Positions 16,811 through 24,000 of a stretch of 24,000 nt of DNA are shown piece after piece. Position 1 is the stretch's first letter. Each line of letters begins with the position of its first letter. The translations under genes were made by a program, and so were the position numbers. This DNA comes from Halarchaeum nitratireducens (GTDB taxonomy: Archaea; Halobacteriota; Halobacteria; Halobacteriales; Halobacteriaceae): positions 284,512-308,511 of the forward strand of contig NZ_BMOQ01000003.1 of the NCBI RefSeq assembly GCF_014647155.1. The letters run 5' to 3'. The notes beneath the pieces are model-generated. The model was not told the origin of the DNA, did no database searches, and was given only the letters and a program-made list of their open reading frames with translations.

Positions 16811-17752
16811 TCAGAACCCGACCGCGCCGAGCACGACGACGACGGCCACGACGAGGAGGTGTTTCGCCTCGCCGGCGATGGCGAGTCGCCCGTACCGTTC
16901 GGTCCGCCCGACGAACCACGCGAGACAGAGCGCGTAGGCGAGTCCGACGAGGATCCCGACGGTCATCGCCGCGTCGAGGACGCCCGCGTAGAACGCGAGC
17001 GCGATCCCCGCGACGAGGCAGAGATCGAGCGCGTAGAGGACGTGTCGAGTGCGGCGAACGCCGAAGACGACGGGGAGCGTCGAGACGCCGTTCGCGGCGT
17101 CGCCCTCCCGATCACGGAGGTTCGGGATCTCCGTGTTGACGAAGGTGTCGAGGAAGAAGTAGCCGAAGATGACGGCGGCCGTCGGCGTGAACGCCCGGTC
17201 CGCGTAGGCGAGCGGGAGGCAGACGACGCAGACCGCCCACGCGAGCGCGACGACCGCGGAGTTGACGACGAGGATCTCCTTCAGCCGACTGAAGTACCGG
17301 CCGAGCGACGGGAGCCAGTCGGAGGCGTAGAGGATCCAGAACGCGCCCGGGATGAGCGCGATGGCGAGCGCCGTCGGCCCGCCGAGGATCGAGAGGGCGA
17401 CGGCGAGTCCGTACGCCGCCGCGGTCCCGATCGAGAACAGCCGGCGGTAGCGCGTGACGAACGCCGCCCGCTCCGGGCTCGTCGCGGCGTCCGCCTCCGC
17501 GTCAGCGATCCGATCGCCGACGTACACGGCGAACGTGAGCAGCGCGATGACGAGCGGCGCCGGACTCAGGGGGAGCGAGAGCGCGATCATCGTCGTGGCG
17601 ACTTCGACCCCGGCGATGAACACGAGATACGCCGAACTGTACACCAGCGCGTTTTTCGCTCGCACCCCGTACGCAAAGAGGGCCGCGAGCGTGCTGTACA
17701 CCGATCGTGTGCCGTCCCACGCGAGAGACGGGCTGTCGGTTTGACTTGACAT
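16811..17752 (-). CDS. UbiA-family prenyltransferase-like membrane protein
   Basis: Internal ATG at 17752 (MSSQTDSPSLAWDGTRS...). Multi-TM; Asp-rich VYVGDRIADAEAD and FVNTEIPNLRDREGDAANGVSTLPVVFGVRRTR (second DxxxD motif). The listed 617-aa extension is spurious and antisense to the MinD-like gene. Confidence 0.82.
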   Translation of the reverse strand: MSSQTDSPSLAWDGTRSVYSTLAALFAYGVRAKNALVYSSAYLVFIAGVEVATTMIALSLPLSPAPLVIALLTFAVYVGDRIADAEADAATSPERAAFVTRYRRLFSIGTAAAYGLAVALSILGGPTALAIALIPGAFWILYASDWLPSLGRYFSRLKEILVVNSAVVALAWAVCVVCLPLAYADRAFTPTAAVIFGYFFLDTFVNTEIPNLRDREGDAANGVSTLPVVFGVRRTRHVLYALDLCLVAGIALAFYAGVLDAAMTVGILVGLAYALCLAWFVGRTERYGRLAIAGEAKHLLVVAVVVVLGAVGF

Positions 17753-18028
17753 GTCGTTCGCGTGGCGACCGCGACGAGCGACCCCGCCACGGCCGCCACC
17801 GGACAGAGGAGAGCCACGAGCGTCAAACGCCGGCCTGACGCGTGCGGTCCGGGGCGCTGGCCGCCGTGTCTCCCCTCGATCCACCCGCACCGCCGTCGTC
17901 CCGACCCGTCGCCGGCGCGCCACTCCCGCCGTGACCGACGGCGACGACCGAGACGCCGGAATTCGGGTTTTCACGCCCGCACACGCCGACCAGCGTCCTT
18001 TTACGCGCCGGCGTCGGAGAGGTAGCAA

Positions 18029-18826
18029 ATGGTCGAAGCGTTCGCCGTCGCCAGCGGCAAGGGCGGCACGGGGAAGACGACGAGCACGCTCGCGCTCGGG
18101 CTGGCGCTCGCCGAGACGTACGACGTGACGGTCGTCGACGCCGACACCGGGATGGCGAACCTCCTCTTCCACGCCGGCCTGGACGACGCCGACGTCACCC
18201 TCCACGATCTCCTGCTCGGCGAGCGCGACATCCCGGTCGCCGACGCGTGTTACGAGCGCTTCGGGCTCACCGTCGTCCCCTGCGGCACAGACCTCGCGGG
18301 ATTCCGCGAGGCCGATCCCACGCGCCTGCACGACGTCATCGCCGAACTCGCCGCCGACACCGACGTCCTCCTCCTCGATTCGCCGGCGGCGCTCGACTCC
18401 GCCGCCTCCGTCCTCCCCATCGTCCTCGCTGATCGCGTCGTCCTCGTCACGCAGCCGACGGATCTGGCACTCTCTGTCGCTCTCAAGGTCCAGGAGTACG
18501 CGATGTCGTACGGGACGGGGGTCGCCGGCGTCCTCTTCACCGAGGTCGGGCCCGCCGACGCCATCGAACGCATCACCCCGAAGGCTGAACGCTACTTCGA
18601 GGGGCCGATCATCGGCGCGGTCCCGGACGACGACGCCGCCCGTGCCGCCCGTCGCGCCGGCCAACCCCTCCTCGCCTACGCCCCCGACAGCCCCGCCGCG
18701 GCCGCGTACCGCGACGCCGCGGCCGCGATCGACGTCGATGGGGGCGAGGTCGACGCGCTCGCCGATCGCTTCCGCAGCGCTGTCATCCCCGACCCAGTCA
18801 AACCGATAGACAGCAACCGATTATAA
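18029..18826 (+). CDS. MinD/ParA-family ATPase
   Basis: FAVASGKGGTGKTTSTLALGLALAE (deviant Walker A), VTVVDADTGMANL, DVLLLDSPAAL, VVLVTQPTDLALS. TTTTAC element about 27 nt upstream of the ATG. Confidence 0.93.
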   Translation: MVEAFAVASGKGGTGKTTSTLALGLALAETYDVTVVDADTGMANLLFHAGLDDADVTLHDLLLGERDIPVADACYERFGLTVVPCGTDLAGFREADPTRLHDVIAELAADTDVLLLDSPAALDSAASVLPIVLADRVVLVTQPTDLALSVALKVQEYAMSYGTGVAGVLFTEVGPADAIERITPKAERYFEGPIIGAVPDDDAARAARRAGQPLLAYAPDSPAAAAYRDAAAAIDVDGGEVDALADRFRSAVIPDPVKPIDSNRL

Positions 18827-18829
18827 GAC

Positions 18830-19309
18830 TCATAGTGCCTCCATTTCGGCCCTCTCCCGTTCATAATCCGCGTCCATCTCCAGAAGAATCCCCCGTGAAG
18901 ATGCGTATGGAGATGAGTGACGCGACGGCGCGGACTGAGCGAATGCCCGAATACGTCGGAGACGAGGTTCCCCGGGGTGTTGGGTCTGCTCGACTCGTGT
19001 CGCGATCCGGAGTGTGTTCCCGATAGCGGTTCGTATGTGTTCTTCGATGCTCGTGAGTGCGACTGTGCACGCCCGCTCGTCTGCATCCGTGAGTGGCAGG
19101 TCACTGTCGGGATCACCGCGCGAGAGCGTCGTCGCCTCCTCGGGCGTCGGCGCGACCGCTCGTGCGCCCGCGACAGTGAGCGCCGTCTCGTCGAGGAGGA
19201 AGACACTCCCGGCCTCGCTCGCGTCCACGACGAGCGGTCGTGTGGTGGTATTCGGCTGGAGGCGACACGGTGCGTCGATACGGCGCTCACGGATCGCGTC
19301 GAACAGCAC
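18830..19309 (-). CDS. Hypothetical protein
   Basis: 159-aa ORF (GTG start), acidic N-terminal part MLFDAIRERRIDAPCRLQPNTTTRPLVVDASEAGSVFLLDETALTVAG... Stops 3 nt after the convergent minD-like gene. Competing overlapping ORFs on the other strand look less protein-like. Confidence 0.5.
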   Translation of the reverse strand: MLFDAIRERRIDAPCRLQPNTTTRPLVVDASEAGSVFLLDETALTVAGARAVAPTPEEATTLSRGDPDSDLPLTDADERACTVALTSIEEHIRTAIGNTLRIATRVEQTQHPGEPRLRRIRAFAQSAPSRHSSPYASSRGILLEMDADYERERAEMEAL

Positions 19310-19515
19310 TGTCCTCGCGTCGCCCGTATAGATCGTCGCACCGTTCTATCGGAAATATATGTTCCAGTTGTGGCTAATATGGAAGTAGAATAGCTGTCGG
19401 CGAGGATACTCTCACGTGGGAGGAGAGACGACGAGTAGCCGACGACCCTTTCCGCTAAAAGGAGTGGTTTCACGGCCGTTGGTGCTGCTCGTACCACCGG
19501 GATGCGTCTCTCGCC

Positions 19516-20628
19516 CTAATCGTCCGCGGGGCTCTCGGCCTCCGGCGGGACGCCGAGCGGTTCCTTCGGGGTGATCGGCTCGCCGGACTCCTTGCCCTGT
19601 GCGGCGAGCGCCATGCTGCCGAGGACCTCGATGATGAGGCGGTTGGCGAGGCCGGAGGTGATGCCGCCGTTGTAGGAGTTGGTGTCGCTCGTGTCGTAGG
19701 CGGGCGAGACCTCGACGACGTCGAAGCCGAAGGCCTCGGGGTCGAGCTCCTTCACGCACTCTCGGACCATGTAGATCGCCTCGCGGGGAATGAGGCCGCC
19801 GGGCTCGGGTTCGCCGGTACCGGGCGCGTACGCGGGCTCCATGACGTCGACGTCGAAGGAGATCCAGACGGCGTCCGTGCCGTCGGTCGCGCGGCGGACG
19901 GCGTCCGCGACGATCTCGGAGAGGTCCATCGCGGCGACGTCGTCGGCGGTGTACCACTTCATGCCGGCGTCGCGCATGTCGCGGTAGGTGTCGGGACCCG
20001 GCCAGAAGCCGCGCGGTCCGATGAGCGTGTAGTTCTCGCCGGCCATGATGCCCTCGTCGTAGACCCGTTTGACCCACGCGCCGTGATCGTACTCGAAGCC
20101 GGTGAGACCGTCGTCGCCCGTGTCCGCGTGACAGTCGAAGTGAATGAGGCCGATGTCCTCGTAGCCGTTGGCCTCCGCCCACCCCTTGATGTCGGGGTAG
20201 CTGATCGAGTGGTCGCCGCCGATGACGACGGGCGTCGCCTGCTCGCTGATCTCCGCGACGGCGTCCTCGATGTTCAACTGGCTCCCTCGGGTGTCGCCCG
20301 GCGAGACGGTCGCGTCGCCGGTGTCCGCGACGCTGAAGTGATCGAAGGGGTCGACGCCGGTCTCGATGTTGAAGTGCTCGTAGGGCGGCGAGGGGACGGT
20401 GGAGGCCGCGCGGACCGCACGCGGGCCGTAGCGCGTCCCCGGCCGGATCGTCGTCGCGGTGTCGAGCGGCGCGCCGAGGATGCCGACGTCGACGTCCTCC
20501 TCGTCGAGCGCGTCTCGATCGACCTCGGGGAGCTTCAGGAACGAGGGGATGCCGCTGAAGATCGGTTCGTTCGCCTCCTTGTGCGCCTCGCCGTAGATGT
20601 CCTCTCCGTCGCGTTCGTTTTCCGTCAT
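19516..20628 (-). CDS. Agmatinase/arginase-family ureohydrolase
   Basis: Internal ATG at 20628 (MTENERDGEDIYGEAHKEANEPIFSGIPSFLKLPE...). Metal-binding motifs GGDHSISYP, IHFDCHADTGDD, WISFDVDVMEPAYAPGTGEPEPGGL, FDVVEVSPAYDTSDTN. Confidence 0.92.
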   Translation of the reverse strand: MTENERDGEDIYGEAHKEANEPIFSGIPSFLKLPEVDRDALDEEDVDVGILGAPLDTATTIRPGTRYGPRAVRAASTVPSPPYEHFNIETGVDPFDHFSVADTGDATVSPGDTRGSQLNIEDAVAEISEQATPVVIGGDHSISYPDIKGWAEANGYEDIGLIHFDCHADTGDDGLTGFEYDHGAWVKRVYDEGIMAGENYTLIGPRGFWPGPDTYRDMRDAGMKWYTADDVAAMDLSEIVADAVRRATDGTDAVWISFDVDVMEPAYAPGTGEPEPGGLIPREAIYMVRECVKELDPEAFGFDVVEVSPAYDTSDTNSYNGGITSGLANRLIIEVLGSMALAAQGKESGEPITPKEPLGVPPEAESPADD

Positions 20629-20883
20629 TGTGTGTCTTTCTCCGTTCCACGCACCGTATCGTGCGCTTCCTTCGACGATATCTCCTTTTCTATCCGGTAT
20701 GAAAAGCTTTGATTTGGATGTGTACTGTTTCGTATGCGGGATTGGTTCGTCCTCCCACCGTTCGAGTCGCCTCCTACACCTACGAGAATATAAGGTCACG
20801 CGAACGCCGTCCTCCGTCCGGTGATAGACCCGTCGCTCGGCGTATGGCGAGTCGGCACGGAGAAGAGGGCGCGGGTGGCCGAC

Positions 20884-21924
20884 TCACTCCGGAGTCGCGC
20901 CGCTGCCGTCCCGGAAGGTGAGCCGGGTGGCGACGTCGAGGGTGTCCCGGACGTGGCGGGCGTCGCCGCTGAGGGCGCAGACGGCGCGCTGGAGGCGAAG
21001 CAGGGGCTCGGGGCGCTCCGCTTCGAGGTAGTCGTTCGCGGCGTCGGTGCGCTCGCGCGCCCGATCGAGCGCCGCGCGTGCGCGTGTGACGTCGCTATAT
21101 GACGGTTCGACGACCGCGTTCCGCGCGGCGTCCGCGGCGTCGTCGATTGCGTCGGCCAGGTCGCGCAGGCGTTCGCGCGCGCCGTCGGGGATCGGCTCGC
21201 CGGTCAGCCCGGCGAGGTCCGTCGCGGCGTCCGCCATCAGGACGACGTCCTGGGCGACGGAGCGATAGCCGATCAGCGGGAACCCGGTGTCGACGCCGAC
21301 CGCGCGGTTGAGGTCGGGGTTTCGATACGTGGCGAAGAGGACGCGCAAGAGGAGGTAGAAGAGCTTGTCCACCTGCGCGTGTCGCTGCTCGATCGCGCGG
21401 GCGCGTTCCGCGTCGCCGTCGAGGAACGCCGCGAGCGCTTCGCTACGCATCGTCGTCTCCGTGCGATCGAGGCGGCCGAGGAGCGTCGGGAGTTCGAAGT
21501 CGTCGGCGGCGATCGAGCACCGGAGCGTCATCGCCTCCGCGGTCTCCTCGACGACGCCGACGCCCATCAGGCCGCGCTCGGCGTCGAGGACGGCGTCGCG
21601 GTGGCCGGGCGCGATCGGGCCGTCGTCGGTGACGTGGACGAGTCGCCGCCCGAGGACGTACTGGGCGATGACCGCCCGCCGTAGCGCGTCGGCGTCGAGG
21701 CCGCTCGCGTCCACCGTCGTCTCCGCGTCGTCGATCAGCGTGCGGTCGGGGACGACGAGGAGCGACCCGCTGCTCTCGTCGCGCTGGACGACGACGGAGT
21801 CGCCCTTCTCGACTTCGTGCTCGCGCGCCCACTCGGCGGGGAGCGTGACCGCGAGCGTCGAGGACCCGAGCTGTTGGACCTTCCGCGTGATGCGGACGTC
21901 CTCACCGGTCACGACGCCATCCAC
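20884..21924 (-). CDS. Regulator with AbrB/SpoVT-like N-terminal domain and PhoU-like domain
   Basis: RITRKVQQLGSSTLAVTLPAEWAREHEVEKGDSVVVQRDESSGSLLVVPD (AbrB-like), followed by helical PhoU-like repeats (LLGRLDRTETTMRSEALAAFLDGDAERARAIEQRHAQVDKLFYLLLRVLF). Confidence 0.88.
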   Translation of the reverse strand: MDGVVTGEDVRITRKVQQLGSSTLAVTLPAEWAREHEVEKGDSVVVQRDESSGSLLVVPDRTLIDDAETTVDASGLDADALRRAVIAQYVLGRRLVHVTDDGPIAPGHRDAVLDAERGLMGVGVVEETAEAMTLRCSIAADDFELPTLLGRLDRTETTMRSEALAAFLDGDAERARAIEQRHAQVDKLFYLLLRVLFATYRNPDLNRAVGVDTGFPLIGYRSVAQDVVLMADAATDLAGLTGEPIPDGARERLRDLADAIDDAADAARNAVVEPSYSDVTRARAALDRARERTDAANDYLEAERPEPLLRLQRAVCALSGDARHVRDTLDVATRLTFRDGSGATPE

Positions 21925-22068
21925 CCCGATGCTTTCTCACGAACGACCATCCATACTCGTTATAGCTGTGTGTGCTGAAACCATATACGCCTATTCGTGT
22001 CCGCGACATTCGCTATCTCGGTCCAAAAGCGAACGCGAAAGACCGCACGCTTCGAACGCGGAGGCCGA

Positions 22069-23625
22069 TCAGTCGTCCGTCGGCTCGGCGGCGGTCGTGC
22101 GGGCGCGCGACGTCCGCTCGACCTCCGCGTCCTCGGTCACCGCGGCGACGCCGACGTAGGTGACGAGCGCGAGCGCGGGCGCGATGAACGTCGGAAGGCC
22201 GTCGAACGCGGGCGTGAACCACGGGTTCTGGATGTAGAGCAGGGAGTTCGGGATCGCGTACGTCGTCGGGACGAGCGCGAACAGCACGAGGCGGGTGAGT
22301 GAGCCCGCGAGGATCGACGCGAGCGCGGCCTGTCGCGTGGCGAAGTCCGGCTTGAACAGCCCGAAGACGAACGGCACGAGCAGCGCGGCGAGCATCACGT
22401 CGAAAGCGAGCAGGAGGAGCATCCCGGTCTGGGCGACCTGGAGGGCGAAGAAGACCCCGAGCACCGTCACGGGCACCGCCATGATCCGCGTCGTCGTGAG
22501 CAGTTTGTCGGCGTCCGTGTCCACGAGGTCGTCGTCCGCGTCGGCCGCCTCGTGTTCGTCGTCGGGGGCGTTCTCGTCGACGCGGATGCCGACGACGTTC
22601 CGAGCGAGGACGGCGGACGTCCCGAGGATCGCGCCGTCGCCCGTCGAGAAGGAGGCGGCGACGATCCCCCCCAGGACGAGGATGGCGAGCCACGTCGGCA
22701 CGCCGGTCTGGAGGAGCGTGTAGAGCATCGCCTCGCTCCCGGACTGAACGCCGATCGAGGAGAGGATCGACGGCATCGAGAGCGCGACGACGGAGAACGG
22801 GATGCCGATGATGAGCGTGCCGGCGCTCCCGATGAAGCAGGCCTTCTGCGCCGTCTCCGGGTCGTCGGCGGCGAAGACGCGCTCCATGAAGTCGATGGCG
22901 ACGATGTCGCCGAGACCGAGCGCGATGATCGACGCCCAGTTGATGTACGCGCCCTGCGCGGGGTTGGTGAGCTGGCCGAACGCGGTCGGGCCCATCCCGC
23001 TCGGAACGGTGATCCCGTAGTTGGTGGCGACGTAGACGATGAGGGCGAGCGAGCCGACGAGCGCGATGCCGGCCTGAATGACGTCGGTGTACGCGACCGA
23101 GAAGAGCCCGCCGGCGACGGTGTAGCTGAAGATGATCGCGGCGATGGCGACGACGCCGATCGTGTAGTCGAAGCCGAGGAAGATCTGGAAGAGGTAGCCG
23201 CCGGCGACGAGGTTGCCGGCGAGCAGGAAAGCGTACGCGAGGAGCATGACGCCCGAGGAGAGCACCTCGACGACGCGGCCGTACTTGCGCCGGTAGAAGT
23301 CGGGGAGCGTCACGAGGTTCATCCGGTTCATCGGCTTCGCGAAGAACAGCCCCGTGAGGAACAGGCAGGTGGCGAGCCCGACGGGGAGCGCCGCGCCCGC
23401 CCAGAAGCCGGCGGACGCGACGAGGTCCGTGTTCCCGAGCGTCGCGTTCGAGTCGAGCGACTGCGCCATCAGCGTCGCCGCCGCCAGCGGGAGGATCAAC
23501 CCCCGGCCGGCGACGATGTAGTTCACGCTGTCCCCCTTCACCTTCCGGGAGACGTAGAACCCGACGCCGAGCATCACGGCGACGATCCCGATCAGCCCGA
23601 TGACGATCGGGGTCACGAGGTCCAC
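22069..23625 (-). CDS. Sodium:solute symporter (SSS family) permease
   Basis: GTG at 23625 gives MDLVTPIVIGLIGIVAVMLGVGFYVSRKVKGDSVNYIVAGRGL...; ~13 hydrophobic segments including YTVAGGLFSVAYTDVIQAGI and LVTLPDFYRRKYG. The TTG start at 23730 is unlikely. Acidic cytoplasmic loop VDENAPDDEHEAADADDD. Confidence 0.92.
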   Translation of the reverse strand: MDLVTPIVIGLIGIVAVMLGVGFYVSRKVKGDSVNYIVAGRGLILPLAAATLMAQSLDSNATLGNTDLVASAGFWAGAALPVGLATCLFLTGLFFAKPMNRMNLVTLPDFYRRKYGRVVEVLSSGVMLLAYAFLLAGNLVAGGYLFQIFLGFDYTIGVVAIAAIIFSYTVAGGLFSVAYTDVIQAGIALVGSLALIVYVATNYGITVPSGMGPTAFGQLTNPAQGAYINWASIIALGLGDIVAIDFMERVFAADDPETAQKACFIGSAGTLIIGIPFSVVALSMPSILSSIGVQSGSEAMLYTLLQTGVPTWLAILVLGGIVAASFSTGDGAILGTSAVLARNVVGIRVDENAPDDEHEAADADDDLVDTDADKLLTTTRIMAVPVTVLGVFFALQVAQTGMLLLLAFDVMLAALLVPFVFGLFKPDFATRQAALASILAGSLTRLVLFALVPTTYAIPNSLLYIQNPWFTPAFDGLPTFIAPALALVTYVGVAAVTEDAEVERTSRARTTAAEPTDD

Positions 23626-23804
23626 CCCCGCTGAACCGTCCACCGATCTCGACCCGATACGCGAACTTCGCCACGTTCCTCTGATATTTGATTGACGAAC
23701 GCGTGCATATCTTCCACGGAGGTACGGCAATCAACCAGACATAAAGGACTTATCCTGAGGCTGTTTAGTTTCTCGGATACACACTCAACAGACGGAAACC
23801 GTTC

Positions 23805-23840
23805 ACACTCCCTTGGTCCCCTGGAGGGTGTAGGGAGTGT
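23805..23840. repeat. 9-bp inverted repeat in intergenic region
   Basis: ACACTCCCT (23805-23813) / AGGGAGTGT (23832-23840), 18-nt spacer. Confidence 0.5.
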
Positions 23841-23850
23841 ATAAGGAGTG

Positions 23851-23869
23851 AAAGGGCGCTCGCGCGCCC
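23851..23869 (-). terminator. Terminator-like hairpin with T-run on minus strand
   Basis: Minus strand reads GGGCGC-GCGA-GCGCCC-TTT, 20 nt after the stop codon of the partial minus-strand gene. Confidence 0.5.
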
Positions 23870-23888
23870 GGTCGGGGCGACCGCCGCG

Positions 23889-24000
23889 CTACTCGTCGGG
23901 GCGGACGTCGCCGCTCGGGAGGTTCGGGTCGCGGTAGGGGTTGCGGCCGTAGACGGCGCCGTGGAGGTCCTGTGCGTCGAGCTGCTCGCGCAACACCCGA
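23889..24000 (-). CDS. C-terminus of an unidentified protein (gene continues beyond window)
   Basis: Minus-strand frame open from window end: ...RVLREQLDAQDLHGAVYGRNPYRDPNLPSGDVRPDE, stop TAG (complement of 23889-23891), then a terminator-like hairpin. Confidence 0.6.
   Translation of the reverse strand, partial: RVLREQLDAQDLHGAVYGRNPYRDPNLPSGDVRPDE

Noticed and set aside
19412-20650. 412-aa minus-strand ORF overlapping the agmatinase gene
   Set aside because: Arginine-rich frame shadow of the ureohydrolase, whose own frame contains all metal-binding motifs.
20709-20921. 70-aa plus-strand ORF in the agmatinase/phoU-like intergenic region
   Set aside because: No matching upstream promoter, basic composition atypical for a haloarchaeal protein, and it overlaps the 3' end of the PhoU-like gene.
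22013-23734. 573-aa and 360-aa (22552-23634) ORFs overlapping the SSS symporter
   Set aside because: Arg/Pro/Asp-rich low-information translations in alternate frames of a clearly coding transporter gene.
1-24000. CRISPR arrays, IS elements, prophage, toxin-antitoxin or defence systems
   Set aside because: No regularly spaced direct repeats, transposase-, integrase-, Cas-, nuclease/methylase- or toxin-like proteins were recognised. The small RHH protein at 13256-13429 looks like an antitoxin at first sight but is the known CdrS partner of ftsZ2.

Overview
This window is a high-GC haloarchaeal chromosome segment with mostly housekeeping and regulatory genes. I found no prophage, IS element, CRISPR array, defence island or other obviously novel multi-gene system. 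In order it carries: the C-terminal part of a MutS-family ATPase; a CNNM/CBS (HlyC/CorC-like) membrane protein; ribosomal protein L15e; RIO2 kinase; a GAF-domain protein; a MetE-like enzyme; a small hypothetical gene; a CsaA-like tRNA-binding protein; a peroxiredoxin; endonuclease IV; a SAM methyltransferase; a conserved haloarchaeal-type protein with a nucleotidyltransferase-like motif; a TetR regulator; NcsA-type tRNA thiolation protein; FtsZ2 with CdrS (small RHH) and CdrL (RHH plus zinc ribbons); tRNA-Tyr(GUA); a degenerate receiver/HalX-like protein; a 7TM-PAS histidine kinase; a UbiA-family membrane protein; a MinD/ParA-like ATPase; a hypothetical gene; an agmatinase-family ureohydrolase; an AbrB+PhoU regulator; and a sodium/solute symporter. 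Most of the very long alternative ORFs in the track are frame shadows typical of >65% GC DNA. The items most worth a second look are a perfect 8+8 bp inverted repeat in the cdrS-ftsZ2 promoter, a near-perfect 20-bp palindrome 3 nt upstream of the tetR start codon, a receiver-like protein that appears to lack the phosphorylation pocket beside a histidine kinase, and a TTTAGG-TTCG-CCTAAA palindrome in a convergent intergenic region. All family assignments come from reading the protein sequences; no database search was run.
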